Assembly: GCA_964658305.1 (NCBI GenBank)
Contig: OZ210885.1
Span: 25,606,001-25,670,000 of the forward strand
DNA from: Leptogorgia sarmentosa
Lineage: Eukaryota
DNA length: 64,000 nt
Direction: 5' to 3'
A program made the position numbers and the translations under genes. Every line of letters begins with the position of its first letter. The first letter of the stretch is position 1. This document shows, piece by piece, positions 61,401 through 64,000 of this stretch. The notes beneath the pieces were generated by a model. That model saw nothing but the letters and a program-made list of their open reading frames with translations, had not been told where the DNA came from and did not search any database.

Positions 61401-62142
61401 ATAGTAAACGCGCATATATTTAATGTATATGTGCTATATTTATCAAGAGTTTGCATAGAAAGCGGTACCATTCACCAATGACGCAAAAAATGTATATTTA
61501 TATCAACCATGAAAGACACGCAGTGCACTTACTTGTCGTCGATCGCGCTCAGAAAGCACTCCCCTTTGTGTGTTCGAAGGAGCCTCATTTGCCGCGTGAA
61601 TGGATGGTATGGCACCTCTTTCTAGCCTTCTCTTCGTTGGTAAGTTAGATTCACCTCCAAGTTCGACCAAACTGTAACGCTGTTGGAAGCATGAAGGCTC
61701 GAAATGTATTGAACAGAGCGCGGCATAACGCGTGGGTGCAAAGTCGGGTCTGTATCGACGCACAAAGGATACCCACTTTTTTCTTGTGTTCGCCGGTGCC
61801 GGGAACAAATGCATTGATATGCCGTCAGTGGACGACGAGTTCTTACAGCTCTCGCGATTTGGACCACCAGCAACGCAATACAGGCCCCCAGTCTGCGCCG
61901 TAACTTTCTTTCTCTTCGCATCCATGTTGGCTTCGCAGTTCGCACAACGAAGTGAAATTTGATTCCCATTTATGACGTAACGAGTTATGAAATGGCCGAG
62001 CGAGGATTTCGCACCAATTAACGTTTGTTTATGGATTATTGCTCCCAACCAAAAGGGAACCGATAAAACAATATATCAAAATGAAGAGCTGAGAACCCAC
62101 TTTATCGAAAAATACAATAAAAAATTTCATGTCATAGGCACT
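58446..62142 (-). mobile_element. Kolobok-type DNA transposon (THAP domain plus transposase, spliced), 3'-truncated
   Basis: THAP C2CH (YCVAG...HLFP...WVSFV...LCSIHF...GAIPSI); SGDGRFDSMGHSAKY, TSALEGFH, LHFNEN; terminus AGTGCCTATGAC next to TTAA (62143-62146). Confidence 0.85.
60950..61090 (-). repeat. 21-bp coding tandem repeat (AGDHPQA) in the Kolobok protein
   Basis: GCTGCCTGGGGATGGTCTCC-type units x3 plus diverged units. Confidence 0.85.
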
Positions 62143-62790
62143 TTAAATACAAGCACGATGGCTTGAGTGTAGTTGATTAAAAAGCATGAAGACTTGAGTC
62201 TACTTGATAAAGAAGCACGAAGCTTGAAGGCAGAAGGCTTGAGTCTATACTTCCCAATTTCGTATCTCGCCTGCGCATTACAGGCATGTGGCGGGCGTGC
62301 AGGCTACCTGGACAAACATACAAACCTGTACGTACGTACATACAAACCTGAACGTACGTACATACGTACGGCGGCAATAATAATATGGGCGCTGACTTCG
62401 TCAACGTCCATAAAATTCCCCGAAATACTCATGAAATGTGTGTGAAACTGTCAAAATACAAAATCGTCCAAAAGTCCACAATGTGCTCATATCTCCATTG
62501 TTTTGGGGGGCCCCTCACAGTTTCTCAGGGCTCGCGCCAGTTCTCAGTCCCCAGATGCGGGGAATAGTGGGTATTGCCCCTGTTTCTGTTCCCTTGTCAA
62601 TCTTAAAGTACTAAAAGAACAACATCATGCAAATATAAATCTACCTTCAAAGAACAACACCTATTCTGATCTGTATACTTTCACTCACCCTGATAAATAA
62701 CGAGAGTGGAAAGACAAGAAATGTTTAAGATAAAAACTGAAGTAGTTATAATTAAATCCAGCAATTCCTGAAACTAAGCATTACATATTA

Positions 62791-63644
62791 AACCCCGTTT
62801 ACACTACAATTTTTCTCTGGCACGGCACGGCTATTTATGTAGTGTAAACAGTACAACAATATTAGCCGTGCCTAAAATTTTTGCCGTGCCGAGCACTATG
62901 TAAACGGTAGGTCTCGGCACGGCAAACTGCCATGCCGTACTACTTTCAACACAAATGTAAACGCTAAGAAGTGCGGTGCTCGCTACGTAGCCAAACTGCG
63001 CATGAGTAAATGAGATAGTCCCAGGCTACCATGTCCATCTCGTTAAAAAACATGGCGCCGAAGAATGCAAGAGGAGGCAAAAGCACTTCGTCGCCAAAGA
63101 AAAATCGTGGTTCAAATGGAAAATATAGAGGATTCACATTTCGTGCTGATGATGTTATAAATAAAATGAAGAAACTCCGTCAAAAGTATAAAGTGGAGAA
63201 AGACAGATCAAGTAAAAGTGGGAGGGGCAGAAGAAAGCCATGGAAAATTTTTTCCATTTTTTTCATAGACTCTTCAGTAGGATTGGATTCTATTTTTGAT
63301 GATGATGAACCCAGAGGGTGCAGAAGAGCAGCAAGTGTCAAGAGTTTTTGGCTCAGCATATAATTTATACATCCTCTTGTAGACATGACACTCACTATAT
63401 TAATTTTTCACTTGAAGATAAACATTGTGAACAAGGAGAGAATGAGAAGGATGTTGATAAAGCAGCTCCAAGTTGTCCTGATACAGAAAAGCCAAGCACA
63501 AGTGAAAGCACACAAGTTGAATCCAGTAGGGATTTACATTCAATGCCAAAAAGGAAAAAGATGAGCAACTTTGAAAAGGGAATTGAACTGATGTGCAAAA
63601 CTTTAAATGAGTCATCTGAAAAAGAAATGGAAAGGCGAGAGTAA
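62791..63644 (+). mobile_element. Harbinger-like 5' end with Myb/SANT-type partner gene remnant
   Basis: Terminus AACCCCGTTTACACTA with GGCACGG repeats; DVINKMKKLRQKYKVEKDRSSKSGRGRRKPWKIF. Confidence 0.65.
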
Positions 63645-63691
63645 ATATGTTGAAGTGTGGCGCTACACGATAAAGAATAAATGCTTGCCAG

Positions 63692-63908
63692 GGGGCGGTT
63701 GTATCAAAGGCGTTTAGCTTAAACACCGGATAAGTCGAAAATATCAAACGAAATTATGAAATATTGACTACAAGGAGACTAAACTTTTCTGTGTAAACGT
63801 AACTATACATAGAACTACACATTTAGAATTATTTACAAAATCAATAGAAGTGTTTTTAAAATTTTGCTTATCCACCATTTAAGCTAAACGCCTTTAATAC
63901 AACCAGCC
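63692..63908. mobile_element. MITE with ~30-bp TIRs
   Basis: GGTTGTATCAAAGGCGTTTAGCTTAAA / TTTAAGCTAAACGCCTTTAATACAACC. Confidence 0.8.
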
Positions 63909-64000
63909 TAAGTTGCCATATTTGCATGTTCTTTTTTTCTCAAATTTTGTTTTTGTATATTTTAGAAGTTTAAAGGCTGAAAAAGAAAGATATAAACAGG

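Overview
AT-rich eukaryotic DNA, probably from an invertebrate and possibly a cnidarian (inferred from spliceosomal introns and the TE spectrum). The window is almost entirely nested transposable elements and contains no recognisable host gene. Elements with both ends and a target-site duplication (TSD): a compact, apparently intact Gypsy with identical LTRs (9444-13452); a decayed Gypsy (15625-20241); an IS3EU-like DNA transposon carrying a spliced HECT E3 ubiquitin-ligase gene (24451-30174); a hAT (36036-39139); a deleted Tc1/mariner (43375-44182); and a 9.3-kb Academ(H)-like element encoding a spliced RecQ helicase and a transposase with ankyrin repeats inside its catalytic core (44501-53847). 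Fragments of hAT, Harbinger, Kolobok, DIRS, BEL/Pao, Copia, CR1/L2 LINEs and many MITEs fill the rest. Most interesting: (i) the ankyrin-containing Academ transposase/RecQ system with co-varying terminal hairpins; (ii) recurrent pairing of IS3EU-like transposases with ubiquitin-ligase cargo; (iii) a Gypsy with no tRNA PBS but a 17-nt LTR-complementary leader and a YLDN reverse transcriptase; (iv) a perfect 202-bp-arm palindrome. Family assignments come from motif recognition by eye, not database searches.
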